64,000 nucleotides of DNA from Candidatus Bathyarchaeia archaeon (GTDB lineage Archaea; Thermoproteota; Bathyarchaeia; Bathyarchaeales; Bathycorpusculaceae). Shown in pieces: positions 46,999 to 56,965 of this stretch. The DNA lies in contig JAVZNC010000005.1 of NCBI GenBank assembly GCA_038882955.1, positions 60,853-124,852 on the forward strand, given 5' to 3'. The notes beneath the pieces are model-generated. The model saw only the letters and a program-made list of their open reading frames with translations. It did not search any database and was not told the origin of the DNA. The position numbers and the translations under genes are program-made. The stretch's first letter is position 1; every line of letters begins with the position of its first letter.

Positions 46999-47982
46999 TT
47001 ACGTGAATTTCTGATAAAAATCAATTTCTTGTCTTTCAGTTATTGGTCTCCACCACCATTCGTTAGTTTTATACCATTCAATTGTTTTTCTTATTCCCTC
47101 CTCAAATCTGATTTTTGGCTTCCACCCAAGTTTTTCAATTTTTGAAATATCCAAGGAATATCGTAGGTCATGACCAGGTCTATCTTTAACAAATTGTATT
47201 AGGCTTTCAGGTTTACCCATAATTTTTAGGATGGTTTTGACGACTTGAATGTTTTCCAGTTCTTGTTTCCCAGCAATATTATAAATTTCTCCGTTCTCAC
47301 CATGATGTAGAACCAAATCTATAGCCTCACAATTATCCTTAACAAAAATCCAGTCTCTAATGTTTTTTCCCTCACCGTAGACGGGAATATTTTTGTTCAG
47401 TAAAGCGTAAATGATTGTTTTAGGAATCAGTTTTTCTGGGTGTTGATAATAACCATAATTGTTCGTTGATCTAGTGATGACAACAGGCAAGTCATAAGTT
47501 TCAAAAAAGGCTTTGCAAAGTAAATCCGCTGAAGCCTTTGAAGCGGCGTACGGGTTTCTGGGAGATAAGTTGTCCTCTTCATTAAAACTACCTTTCAGAA
47601 TGTGTCCGTAGACTTCGTCTGTGCTTATTTGTACAAGCTTTTTTACCTCGAATTTTCTGCAAGCTTCTAGCAAGTTGTAAGTTCCAAAAACGTCTGTTAG
47701 GACGAAAGTTCCCGCCTCAATTATGCTTCGATCTACATGTGTTTCTGCAGCAAAATTCACAACAAAATCGCATCCTTTCACAACTTTCTTCACGTCTTCT
47801 TTTTTGCTAATATCACCTTTAACGAATGTTATTCTATCAAAAAGTCCTTGCAAATTCTCTTTTCTTCCAGCGTAGGTTAACTTATCTAAAACAACAACTT
47901 TATAGTCATGGTACTTTTCAATCATGTGGCGAACAAAATTGCTTCCAATAAACCCTGCTCCGCCTATAACAAGCACTTTCAT
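46999..47982 (-). CDS. rmlB: dTDP-glucose 4,6-dehydratase
   Basis: GGAGFIGSN, DKLTYAG, FAAETHVDRSI, STDEVYG, YAASK, DRPGHDLRY. Confidence 0.97.
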   Translation of the reverse strand: MKVLVIGGAGFIGSNFVRHMIEKYHDYKVVVLDKLTYAGRKENLQGLFDRITFVKGDISKKEDVKKVVKGCDFVVNFAAETHVDRSIIEAGTFVLTDVFGTYNLLEACRKFEVKKLVQISTDEVYGHILKGSFNEEDNLSPRNPYAASKASADLLCKAFFETYDLPVVITRSTNNYGYYQHPEKLIPKTIIYALLNKNIPVYGEGKNIRDWIFVKDNCEAIDLVLHHGENGEIYNIAGKQELENIQVVKTILKIMGKPESLIQFVKDRPGHDLRYSLDISKIEKLGWKPKIRFEEGIRKTIEWYKTNEWWWRPITERQEIDFYQKFT

Positions 47983-47995
47983 TGTCCTTTTCCTC

Positions 47996-48511
47996 TTATT
48001 TGTGTGGCGGGTGGAACCAGTCCCAGGGTTTTCCAACTCTCGGATCGTCTTTTTTTCCGTTTATTTCTGTTGGAACGATGTTTGGATCATTCCACGGTCT
48101 ACGGATTTCATCTGGGTTCTTGCAGTCGTAAAGTTTTGTGACAAAATACACTGTAAGGGACGGTGTGCTGCTGACTGTTTTTGTTCCATGAAGGTATTTT
48201 CCTGGTATCCGCACTATGGAGGGTTTTTCTCCGCTTGCTATGATTTCAACCATTTTTCCAGTTTTCTCCTCGTAAGCGCAAATTTTCATTGCACCTTTTA
48301 AGACGAGAAAGTAATCTACTTGTCCCCTTTCGTGTTTGTGCCATGCTCTGACAACGTTTGGGTAACTGTAGCTTATGTTTGCCTGTACAATCCATTCTTC
48401 TTCGGTTAGGTCTTTCCAGTCTTGTCTTAAGGCTTCTGCGAAGAATCCTCTTTCGTCTGGTATTATGTTTATTTCTTGAACTTTCACTCCCTTAAGCGGG
48501 TATTCTTTCAT
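47996..48511 (-). CDS. rmlC: dTDP-4-dehydrorhamnose 3,5-epimerase
   Basis: DERGFF, Q.N.S.S, RAWHKH cupin motif, HG. Confidence 0.9.
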   Translation of the reverse strand: MKEYPLKGVKVQEINIIPDERGFFAEALRQDWKDLTEEEWIVQANISYSYPNVVRAWHKHERGQVDYFLVLKGAMKICAYEEKTGKMVEIIASGEKPSIVRIPGKYLHGTKTVSSTPSLTVYFVTKLYDCKNPDEIRRPWNDPNIVPTEINGKKDDPRVGKPWDWFHPPHK

Positions 48512-49566
48512 ATTTCTACCTCTGAGTAGTCGCCTATGTTTAGTTTTAGGGTTTTGTGTTTTTGATTCCTTATAATTTTCGCGTTTCTCCCTATCAAACT
48601 TTCTTCCAGTCTCTCAACACCTTTTATAACTGAATCTTCAAGTATTACGCTGTACTCTATTGAGCTTTCTGTTATTTGGGTGTTGTTTCCAATGCTCGTG
48701 TACGGTCCTATGAAGGAGTTTTGTATAGTGCAGTTTTCGCCGATTATTGTGGGTCCCCTTATAATGCTGTTTATTATTTTTGTGCTCGCGTTTATTGTAA
48801 CTCTCCCTTCAACCTTGCTTTCGATTATTTCTCCATCAATTTTCTGTGCAATGTACTCATCTAGGATTTTCGCATTCGCATATAATATATCGTCTTTTTT
48901 CCCAGTGTCGAGCCACCACGTGTCAAGTTTTTCAGCTCTTACGCGGTATCCCATGTTAACCATTTCTTGGATGGCGTCCGTTATTTCTAGTTCGCCGCGC
49001 CACGAAGGCTTTATCCGTTCTATGGCTTTGTGAACCTTGTTTGAGAACACGTAGACTCCTACAAGCGCCAAATTACTTGGGGGAGTTTTCGGTTTTTCGA
49101 TTAGTTTTACAATGTTGTTTTTGTTGTCTAGCACTGCTATGCCGAATCGCGTTGGATCTTCAACCTCTTTTAAAAGCACAAGCGCATCCAATTTTTCGCT
49201 TTCAAACTTTTTGAGGAGCGCGTTGAACCCTTTCCCTATGAGGTTGTCGCCCAAACACATTATGAAATTGTCTTCGCCGAGGAAATTTTTCGCTGTTTTC
49301 ACGGCATGCGCCAGTCCCAAAGGCTCTTGAGGGATGTATGTAACGTTAATGTTCCACGCTGAACCGTCCCCAACATAGTTTTTGACATCTTGTCCAGTTT
49401 CAGGCGCAATTATTATGCCAACATCTCTTATCCCAGTTTTAGCCACATGATCAAGAACGTAACCCAAAATTGGCTTGTTGGCAACTGGTATTAGCTGCTT
49501 CGCTGTTGTGAAGGTTAATGGTCTAAGCCTAGTACCCTTACCACCACTCAAGACTAAAGCTTTCAT
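48508..49566 (-). CDS. rmlA: Glucose-1-phosphate thymidylyltransferase (long form)
   Basis: LSGGKGTRLRPLT...KQLIPVANKP, LGLAHAV, EKP, RGELEITDA, WLDTG, C-terminal hexapeptide repeats. Confidence 0.96.
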   Translation of the reverse strand: MKALVLSGGKGTRLRPLTFTTAKQLIPVANKPILGYVLDHVAKTGIRDVGIIIAPETGQDVKNYVGDGSAWNINVTYIPQEPLGLAHAVKTAKNFLGEDNFIMCLGDNLIGKGFNALLKKFESEKLDALVLLKEVEDPTRFGIAVLDNKNNIVKLIEKPKTPPSNLALVGVYVFSNKVHKAIERIKPSWRGELEITDAIQEMVNMGYRVRAEKLDTWWLDTGKKDDILYANAKILDEYIAQKIDGEIIESKVEGRVTINASTKIINSIIRGPTIIGENCTIQNSFIGPYTSIGNNTQITESSIEYSVILEDSVIKGVERLEESLIGRNAKIIRNQKHKTLKLNIGDYSEVEI

Positions 49567-49926
49567 AAGATAATGTTAAGCCAAACTCATTTATTATTTT
49601 TCTTAGTTAGAAAAGTATTTTACATTATATGACAAACTGGCTTAATATTAAAAAATGTACCGCGTACAGTCTTGCGCGGTAATTGATTAAAACATTTAGT
49701 TTGTTTATGCTGTGTTTTTAGCGCTCTGTCTGGTTTGCCTTGCGTTATTAAGAGGAGTAGACTTGTAACTATTACAAAACCATAATGGCAAAAGGAATTT
49801 CCGCTTCCAAAAATGGACAGGCTTTCAAGCGCTTTTGTGTTCAGTTTTTATTCCGCTTGAAAACTGCAGAAACAATTAGAACGCTTAAATTGAATATCTC
49901 TTTTATTATTGATGGTCAGGGTATTG

Positions 49927-50505
49927 ATGAAATCGCTGAATATTGGCTGTGGCTTAGATCTGTAGGGCGATGTGCGTGTAGATGTTTCGAAAGAGTTTCT
50001 ATCGTGGCGTTTTAAACCTACGGTTTTGGCTGATGCGCACTATTTGCCTTTTAGGGACCGAAGTTTCGATGTGGTTAAGGCATCGCATGTTCTTGAACAT
50101 TTAAAAAATCCTTGGAAAGCCTTAGACGAAATGATGCGAGTGTCTTCAAAGGAGATTACCATTAAGTTTCCAACAGAGTTGGATGTTAAACCATGGCTCT
50201 TCAGCATATCTTCTTTTTCTAGTTTGCGGATGGCTATTTCAACAAGGAAAAGACGGCTACACTTATGGCTAATCAAACCAGAAAAAGTCCTGGCATACCT
50301 AAAATCTAGAGGATGGAATGGTACATATACGAAAAACACTATATGCTTGTTTCATATCTTCGAGTGTGGCAGAAAAGCAAAGTATTTCAAGTGGTTGACA
50401 AAACATTTTAGAATACCTTTTGAATACGAACTTAAAGCGAAGAGAAACTGCCGAGAAGCGAATAGAAAGCGCACGCGACGTAAACTGATAAAAGAGGTTT
50501 TATGA
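49927..50505 (+). pseudogene. Class I SAM-dependent methyltransferase with in-frame TAG at codon 13 (49963-49965)
   Basis: ATG 49927 gives MKSLNIGCGLDL*GDVRVD...ADAHYLPFRDRSFD...SHVLEH; SAM motif I lies before the stop. Confidence 0.8.
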
Positions 50506-51480
50506 TAATTTCATCGCTTCTACAACAGACAAATATTCAGGAATTTTTGTATTTCGAAATATCTGTTTGTCTGAAACCTTTCTAAGCTTCTGGATACGTC
50601 TTCTCTCCTTTAGTACTGGTTTTATTGCTTTAAAGAATTCAAGTATCCCTTTTAAAATCGGAAACATTTCTCTGTTCTTAATCACTAGCAAGGCTTCTCT
50701 CAACACCGCTAAGCTAAAGAGTATAGGAAAGCGTAAAAGCAGGTTTTTTGTTTCATAATTTTTTAGGTATGTGAGCAATCTGTTGCGGAATATGCGCACT
50801 TTTCGCTCTTTGCTAAGCCCCAGAGTGAGTCCTCCGCCTAGATGAAGGACCATAGTTTCTGGAGTGTAAACTGATTTATATCCTGCCAAGTTTATTCTAT
50901 ATCCCAAATCGTGGTCTTCCCAGTCTGCCCAAAAAAGAGGGTCAAAACCGCCTATTTTGTCGATAACCGACTTTCGATAAAGAGCCGCACATCCACAATT
51001 TGCCAAATTAACCGTAAATTTTTCGTATGTCTGTCTTTGGCGGGCGTGAACTATGAGGCCATACGCCATGTACTTTGGTCCGTAACGAACGCTTCCGTCT
51101 GACTGTACAATTTTGCATCCTACACTTCCTATTGATTCGTCGGACTCCGCAACTCTGACAAGCGTTTCAATAAAGTTCTTTTGAACTTCCGTGTCGTTAT
51201 TTAGAACTATGACGTATTTCGCCTTTGACCTTTCAAACCCAATGTTGTTTCCAACAGAAAAACCTAGATTCTTAGCATTCCTGATGATTGTTAGGCGTGG
51301 GTTGGAACCAAATAACTTTTCAGCTAAATTAGCGCTGCCATCCGTAGAGTTGTTATCAATAAACAAAACCTCAAAATTGGGGTAGCTGTTCCACAAAACA
51401 GATCCCAGACATCGTTTAACGTAAGAAGCACCGTTGTAATTGAGAATAATAACTGTAACTGGCGGTCCTATCTTTAGCAA
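50500..51480 (-). CDS. Glycosyltransferase family 2 (rhamnosyltransferase-like)
   Basis: IILNYNG, DNNSTDGS, NLGFSVGNN, LNND, GGFD..F....ED.DL. Confidence 0.92.
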   Translation of the reverse strand: MLKIGPPVTVIILNYNGASYVKRCLGSVLWNSYPNFEVLFIDNNSTDGSANLAEKLFGSNPRLTIIRNAKNLGFSVGNNIGFERSKAKYVIVLNNDTEVQKNFIETLVRVAESDESIGSVGCKIVQSDGSVRYGPKYMAYGLIVHARQRQTYEKFTVNLANCGCAALYRKSVIDKIGGFDPLFWADWEDHDLGYRINLAGYKSVYTPETMVLHLGGGLTLGLSKERKVRIFRNRLLTYLKNYETKNLLLRFPILFSLAVLREALLVIKNREMFPILKGILEFFKAIKPVLKERRRIQKLRKVSDKQIFRNTKIPEYLSVVEAMKLS

Positions 51481-51545
51481 TTTATATCCAATCCTTATAT
51501 AACTCCCGGTCTTCTATTCTAATACTAAAATAAAATTCCTTCGGG

Positions 51546-52433
51546 ATGTCATTGTCTGATAAAGTTGATTTGGTGATGTGGACTAAAAATGGCGCTGAAA
51601 CATTGCCGCTTGTGTTAAAGCGAATAAGCGAAGTTATACCCGTCGAGGCGGTTAACCAGCGCATAATTGTAGATGATCGAAGCACTGATGATACACGAGA
51701 AATAGCCGAATCATTTGGTTGGACCGTTATTTTTAACGAGGGAAAAGGCATAAGCGACGGTGCCAACACCGCATTGAAACACGTAACATCGGAATACTTC
51801 ATAAGCTTTGAACAGGACTTACTATTAGCCCGAGACTGGTGGGAAAAAATTCCGCCCTACCTTGAAAATCCAAAAGTTGCCGTAGCCTCTGGAATGCGCT
51901 TCGCCAGCAAGCCAGAAGGCGTAAGGAAACTACAACAGTACGTAGCTAAAAAATACCGAGGCGAATCACAACTTGCGCCATGGCTCAGAACAAGGGAGCG
52001 AGCTGCTTTCACTTTAGGTAAGACCTTAGACAACACCATCTACAAAACAAGGGTTATCAAGGTAGTTGGAGGTTTTCCAAAACTACAAGTAAATGCTGGT
52101 GTCGATACAATTTTGGCTTACAAAATTGAGCAGACTGGTTATCATTGGGTCGTTGATTACAACGTTCAATCTATACACTTACGTAGCGGCTTAAAGCAAG
52201 AACTTCAACATCAATACTGGTATGCGACTCAACTAAACGAAATTTGGAAAAGGGTCAGAACAGAAACGAATAAACCTCCACCAGTTACAAAGTATACAGT
52301 GTTATCGCGCTTCTTTATGTCTCCGTTCACGGGATTATTTATGGCGATGAAAACAAGAGAACCCACGGTGACAATTATCCATCCGTTAATAAGATTATAC
52401 TATTTAAAGGGTTTTTTGGAATCAACAAGATGA
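51546..52433 (+). CDS. Glycosyltransferase family 2
   Basis: TKNGA..L, IVDDRSTDDT, GISDGAN; EQD in place of DxD. Confidence 0.85.
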   Translation: MSLSDKVDLVMWTKNGAETLPLVLKRISEVIPVEAVNQRIIVDDRSTDDTREIAESFGWTVIFNEGKGISDGANTALKHVTSEYFISFEQDLLLARDWWEKIPPYLENPKVAVASGMRFASKPEGVRKLQQYVAKKYRGESQLAPWLRTRERAAFTLGKTLDNTIYKTRVIKVVGGFPKLQVNAGVDTILAYKIEQTGYHWVVDYNVQSIHLRSGLKQELQHQYWYATQLNEIWKRVRTETNKPPPVTKYTVLSRFFMSPFTGLFMAMKTREPTVTIIHPLIRLYYLKGFLESTR

Positions 52434-53465
52434 TTACTTCGATTCTCTTAAACACATCATAACTTTCTGCGTAGTTATCGGAATAGGATTCTCAAGTTGC
52501 CTCAGAATATCTCCAGCATCAATTCTACGTTTATGCTTCAAAATTCTTCGTGCAACTCTAATAATTTTCTTCACATCAGTCATATGGCGAATTGGAAAGC
52601 CTTTTCTAAACAAGTATTTTGCTATTGCATCCCAGAAGTGAAAGTTTATTGTTGGTATTCCCATGAGCGCGGACTCGCGACATATTGTACCTCCGCTTCC
52701 CACCACCAAATTGACGTATGGAAGTATTTGGAATGTTAACAGTGGCTTATCGGGAACAAGCACATTCTTTAATCCTTCAAGTTTCTCTTTTTCCTCATGA
52801 TACCTCGGAATATAAACGACTGTGGCTATCTTTGAAAGTTCTTTAACAAGCTTCCAAGCATCCACTTTTACGTCTTTACAGTAACTCGCCTTGTACTCAA
52901 CGTTCCTAAACAGGATAATCTGCTCCTTTCCACTTAACGCCTCTAAAAAGTCTGGCTTTTCCTCGGGTATTTTCGCCAGCCACGCTACTTCCTCAACACC
53001 ATCATACAGAACTATTTTAGATTTTGGAATTCCAAACTTGCTCCATGATTTGCCGAAGCATGCTGGAGCCACAAGCCAATCAACAAGCGGACAAACAAGC
53101 CTAGCCACATGAACGGCGTGTGGCGTATCATTAGAATACACGATTGGAATCTGCAGCCCAAAAGCAGTTCGAATAGCACTAACATCGCCGTGAGTCCATA
53201 AAACCTTCGGCAAGCCTACACTATCAAAAAGCTTTACAAACCCTAAAGTTCGCTTCTGCTCTTCGATTAGTTTTTCTCGCAGCGTTTCACCATATTTGCC
53301 AACACAAGTGTATGGTATGCCCAGTAGTTCCAGAACATCTGTTGTTTGTGTCTGCTTTTTAGCAGTCACGAGGATATCGTAGCCTTTCTCCTTTAACGCG
53401 GGCAACAACGCGTAAATTAGAAGCGAATCTTTTGGTGTTACAGCGTCAAGCCAAACGTCAACCAT
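52434..53465 (-). CDS. DUF354 family (GT-B fold) protein
   Basis: VWLDAVTPK, GKYG..L.EKL, AFGL.IP, NDTPH, GVEE, GGTICRESALMGIP. Confidence 0.85.
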   Translation of the reverse strand: MVDVWLDAVTPKDSLLIYALLPALKEKGYDILVTAKKQTQTTDVLELLGIPYTCVGKYGETLREKLIEEQKRTLGFVKLFDSVGLPKVLWTHGDVSAIRTAFGLQIPIVYSNDTPHAVHVARLVCPLVDWLVAPACFGKSWSKFGIPKSKIVLYDGVEEVAWLAKIPEEKPDFLEALSGKEQIILFRNVEYKASYCKDVKVDAWKLVKELSKIATVVYIPRYHEEKEKLEGLKNVLVPDKPLLTFQILPYVNLVVGSGGTICRESALMGIPTINFHFWDAIAKYLFRKGFPIRHMTDVKKIIRVARRILKHKRRIDAGDILRQLENPIPITTQKVMMCLRESK

Positions 53466-54360
53466 GCTGCGCTAACATCCAATCAATCGTCTTCTTTAAC
53501 CCCTCTGAAATATCATATTTTGGCTTAAAGCCCAACGTCTTCAATTTCTCAACAGTTGAATACAGATAGAATGGGTGCTCGTTTGGTCTCGGTGGAAGCA
53601 ACTCAACCTTTGAAGGCAAAAACTTGCTTATGGCTTTCGCAAACTCCTCATAAGTGTACGCCTTACCAGAACCAACATTGAAGATTTTGCCAATGGCACT
53701 CTCGTCGCGTAATACTATTTCCATGGCTTGGCAAAGGTCATCCACATACGTGAAGTCAGTTTTCTGTTTTCCATAGCAATACAACTGCATAGGTTCCTTG
53801 TTCACCGCTCTATCCAACAATTTCCTAACAATAGACGGAATCGTGAGATTTGGACCGTAAATTTCGAAGCCTCTAAATATTGTTATTGGAAGATTTTCAG
53901 CTTCAAAGTACTGTTTCGCCATCAACTCAGCCATAAGCTTCGCCTTTCCATAGGTTCCCTTCGGGTTTGGCTTCTCATCCTCGTCAACAGGCTTGTCGAT
54001 TGTTCTTAAGCCATAAACTGTTGAGCTACTCATGAGAATAAACCTTTCAACACGTTGTCTGCATGCAGCATTCAGCATGTTCAATGTGATTTTGGCATCG
54101 TCCATGAATTCGCTGTAAACGTCTTTGCGGTGGGTGACAAAGGCTAGGTGAATAACGAATTTTGGGTTATGCTCTTTGAAAGCGTTTAAGACTGCGTCCC
54201 TATCCGTTAAGTCACATTTATGAAAAGTAAAGAATTTTTTTGGGAAATTAACCGATGGACTTGCGAGGTCTAAGCCAACCACTTTTTCGCCTTTATCGAT
54301 AAAGTACCGCGTCACGTTTGTTCCGATAAACCCTGAACTTCCAGTGACAAGTATCAACAT
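53458..54360 (-). CDS. NAD-dependent nucleotide-sugar epimerase/dehydratase
   Basis: TGSSGFIG, SSSTVYG, YGKAK, DFTYVDD. Confidence 0.93.
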   Translation of the reverse strand: MLILVTGSSGFIGTNVTRYFIDKGEKVVGLDLASPSVNFPKKFFTFHKCDLTDRDAVLNAFKEHNPKFVIHLAFVTHRKDVYSEFMDDAKITLNMLNAACRQRVERFILMSSSTVYGLRTIDKPVDEDEKPNPKGTYGKAKLMAELMAKQYFEAENLPITIFRGFEIYGPNLTIPSIVRKLLDRAVNKEPMQLYCYGKQKTDFTYVDDLCQAMEIVLRDESAIGKIFNVGSGKAYTYEEFAKAISKFLPSKVELLPPRPNEHPFYLYSTVEKLKTLGFKPKYDISEGLKKTIDWMLAQHG

Positions 54361-54457
54361 TTATCCTCCTTATGAAGGGGATTCTCGATTTTACGTTTTA
54401 TTTAAAAGTTTTGTTGCTAAAATGCCTTTATACAAACACAAACAAACAAAACCCGTC

Positions 54458-55543
54458 TCATCGATACATTTCGCCAAGAACTTTCCCATCCTTAACGAGT
54501 TTTGCTGGCGCGTCGATATGGCGTATCCAATAAACGTTTTCAGGCAAAACATCGTATTTTGGCACTTTAGGAATTCTTTCGCCATAAGCAAGCTTCACGT
54601 ACAAGTAAGGAATATTCGCGCAGTAATCATTGCGTAATACTTTGCTCGCATATGAGAAGAAAAACGATGTCGTAAACATTCTTCCAGCGTTTATCTCCGT
54701 AACGCATGGCACACCATCAATATTCTCCTTCAAATCCACACACGCAATCCCGCTGAAATTTGGGTCTATAGCCAAAACCGCCTTTGTTCCGGTTTCATTT
54801 ATGGCGTCGCTGTGGATTGTTCGCTGGACAGAAGGGGTGCCAGTGACACCCGAAGGCGCAAGGTTTGGATAAATATATTCTACGCGCTCCCTAGCCATGG
54901 AAACAACCAGTTCGCCATTCTTCCACAAGCTATGGAAACCAAAATTTCTTCCAGGCAAATATTCCTGTGCGATAAATTCCCAGTCCATTTTGCGGGATTT
55001 CCAATAACTAATCCAAGCTAAAGCAGTTTCTTTATTGTACGCTGGTGTGCTTCCTCTTCCGCCCGCGCCGTGCCTAGCCCTTATCCAGATTGGACTTCCA
55101 AACTCTTCAAATGCTCTATCAATGTCAGATTCGCTACGTAATTCCTTGGCTCGCGCAACTGGTATGCCTTTTTTCTGCCATATTTGCGCTGATTCTAACT
55201 TGTCCTGGCACTTGCGCACAGCATCTTTTGAAGGCAGAAAAGTGACCGCATTAAGCTTTTCACGTTTTTCGGATATTACCGCAACTTCCACATCTGGCTG
55301 GGCATGCACAAACTCGATTTTCTCCTTCCTTATAATCTCGTTCAGCCTTTCAATGTAATCGGTGTCAGACGCCTTTGGAACCAGAAACCGCGAGTCAACA
55401 GGAGCCAAATAAAGATAGTGCTCGTTTGCCTCTGTCCCAACTATTCGCATTTTTTCAGGCGCAAGCCTAAGTGACATAACAAAATTCACGCCAGCAGGCC
55501 CACCGGCGCCAGTAACTAAAATCCTCTTCAAACTCCAAACCAC
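54458..55543 (-). CDS. ATP-grasp ligase (carbamoyl-phosphate-synthase-like, glycan-cluster type)
   Basis: ILVTGAGGPAG, CQDK, GAGGRG, QEYLPG, VDLK, TEINAGR. Confidence 0.85.
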   Translation of the reverse strand: MVWSLKRILVTGAGGPAGVNFVMSLRLAPEKMRIVGTEANEHYLYLAPVDSRFLVPKASDTDYIERLNEIIRKEKIEFVHAQPDVEVAVISEKREKLNAVTFLPSKDAVRKCQDKLESAQIWQKKGIPVARAKELRSESDIDRAFEEFGSPIWIRARHGAGGRGSTPAYNKETALAWISYWKSRKMDWEFIAQEYLPGRNFGFHSLWKNGELVVSMARERVEYIYPNLAPSGVTGTPSVQRTIHSDAINETGTKAVLAIDPNFSGIACVDLKENIDGVPCVTEINAGRMFTTSFFFSYASKVLRNDYCANIPYLYVKLAYGERIPKVPKYDVLPENVYWIRHIDAPAKLVKDGKVLGEMYR

Positions 55544-55661
55544 CGATTGTGCTTTATTTTTGTTTCAATCTCTGCAATATAAATGCAGCACCTTAATATC
55601 TATTCCCAGCTCAACCAAACTTTAATAAAACGACAAAACTCTTCTAGATAAGTGCAGAATA

Positions 55662-55753
55662 GGGCCGGTCGTCTAGCCTGGTTAGGACACCCGCAAAAGC
55701 CTGAAGCAGCCCTTACGAGGCTGAGGTCGCCGGTTCAACTCCGGCCCGGCCCA
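55662..55753 (+). tRNA. tRNA-Val(TAC) with a 17-nt intron at position 25/26 (intron 55689-55705)
   Basis: Acceptor GGGCCGG/CCGGCCC, D stem GTCT/GGAC, anticodon arm CAGCC-CTTACGA-GGCTG, T arm GCCGG-TTCAACT-CCGGC; BHB central helix TAGG/CCTG with bulges AC^A and AA^G. Confidence 0.93.
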
Positions 55754-55905
55754 CTCGAGAACTTTTTCATTCCAAAAAGAGACTTAGTTTTTCAGCTTCT
55801 AAAATTCGGAAGAGTTTAAGTTAGCCTAAAAACATTACCGCCTGGCTCTTAAAGATAGAGACAATTAGGGAAAGGGTTCATACGAAAATTGTGAAGTGGT
55901 TTCTG

Positions 55906-56139
55906 TCAATGTTTCAATAACGATATAAAGGCTACAGCCAAGAAAGCCACGCCAGCCAAGAAAAGGCTGCCGGTGAGAAACCATACAACGGCTGCGATTA
56001 TGGCGGCGGGGAGGATGAATAGCAAAATTTTGACGATCAACATAATGATGGCAATTCCTATGATAAGCAAAAATAGAAGCAAAACTAGCTCATAAATAGA
56101 AGGAAGTTGAAAAGGCAATGTGGACAACGAACCAATCAA
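55906..56139 (-). CDS. Small hydrophobic membrane protein
   Basis: 77 aa, almost entirely hydrophobic; GGTG SD-like element upstream. Confidence 0.7.
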   Translation of the reverse strand: MIGSLSTLPFQLPSIYELVLLLFLLIIGIAIIMLIVKILLFILPAAIIAAVVWFLTGSLFLAGVAFLAVAFISLLKH

Positions 56140-56635
56140 GTTTTGAACACCACTTATGAATAAGCGAATACTATTTTTAAAGCAATCGCATCCATGCCAA
56201 CTTCAATTTTGTTTTTAGGCATCCCGTATAACCCTCTTTTGGCACCTCCCCCACTTCTTTATACTCTTCACATAATATTTTGCAACTTGAGCTTTAAAGA
56301 GGTCGCGTAAAATTAACCATGCTGAAATGGCAATGTTATATTCATTGCGAATCTCACATAAACTTTAAACATTCGCAGCAATAAGGCAGTTCAGTTAATT
56401 GCAACTAACGGAACATTAGGTGAAGATGTTGGATGCACTCTTATGTGTGAAACTTTGAGCATTTCTGATAAAATTTAAATCTTGCCGTTTGTTTCCATGA
56501 GTGCAATAAAGAGCAGGTATAACTTCATGTTTCGCGTGTGCTACAAAGCGTATGTGTTGTCGTAGCACTTGGTTAAAGAAGGTGGTTTAAGCGCAAGGGG
56601 TGAAGCATAATTATCGGGTTTAAGGAGGTAAGCCT

Positions 56636-56965
56636 ATGATTATTGAGCTGGCTGTTGCCTTTGTTTTGATTCTGGCTGTATCGTCTACAATTTATTTGCT
56701 TGGGCGTTTGTTGTCCGCTAAATCTGTGTGTAGTGAAAATGGTAAATCTGCTTATGCTTGTGGTGAGAAGGTGAATTTTGGTAAATTGAAAATCAGCGTT
56801 TCTCATTATAGATACCTCATATACTTTGTGATTTTGGACTCGTCGGTGCTGTTGATGGCTTTTGCTGCATTGGCTATTCGCATGGCAAATGTTTTGTTCT
56901 TCGTAATTTACTTATTCATTGTTATTTTGTCTGGCTTGTTGCTTTTAGATGGAGGCGATAGTTAA
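56636..56965 (+). CDS. NuoA-like membrane subunit of the hydrogenase complex
   Basis: Three TM segments, AYACGE loop, YLIYFVILD; AGGAGG SD. Confidence 0.85.
   Translation: MIIELAVAFVLILAVSSTIYLLGRLLSAKSVCSENGKSAYACGEKVNFGKLKISVSHYRYLIYFVILDSSVLLMAFAALAIRMANVLFFVIYLFIVILSGLLLLDGGDS

Noticed and set aside
49963-49965. Genome-wide amber reassignment
   Set aside because: Several conserved genes in the window end at TAG exactly at their expected C-termini.
42070-55753. Glycan cluster as a tRNA-Val-anchored genomic island
   Set aside because: Parts look AT-richer by eye, but the cluster is on the 5' side of the tRNA and no att repeat or mobility gene is visible.
56140-56635. About 500-nt AT-rich gap as an ncRNA, CRISPR leader or small ORF
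   Set aside because: No repeats, convincing stable structure or credible ORF found by eye; most likely divergent promoter DNA for the hydrogenase operon.
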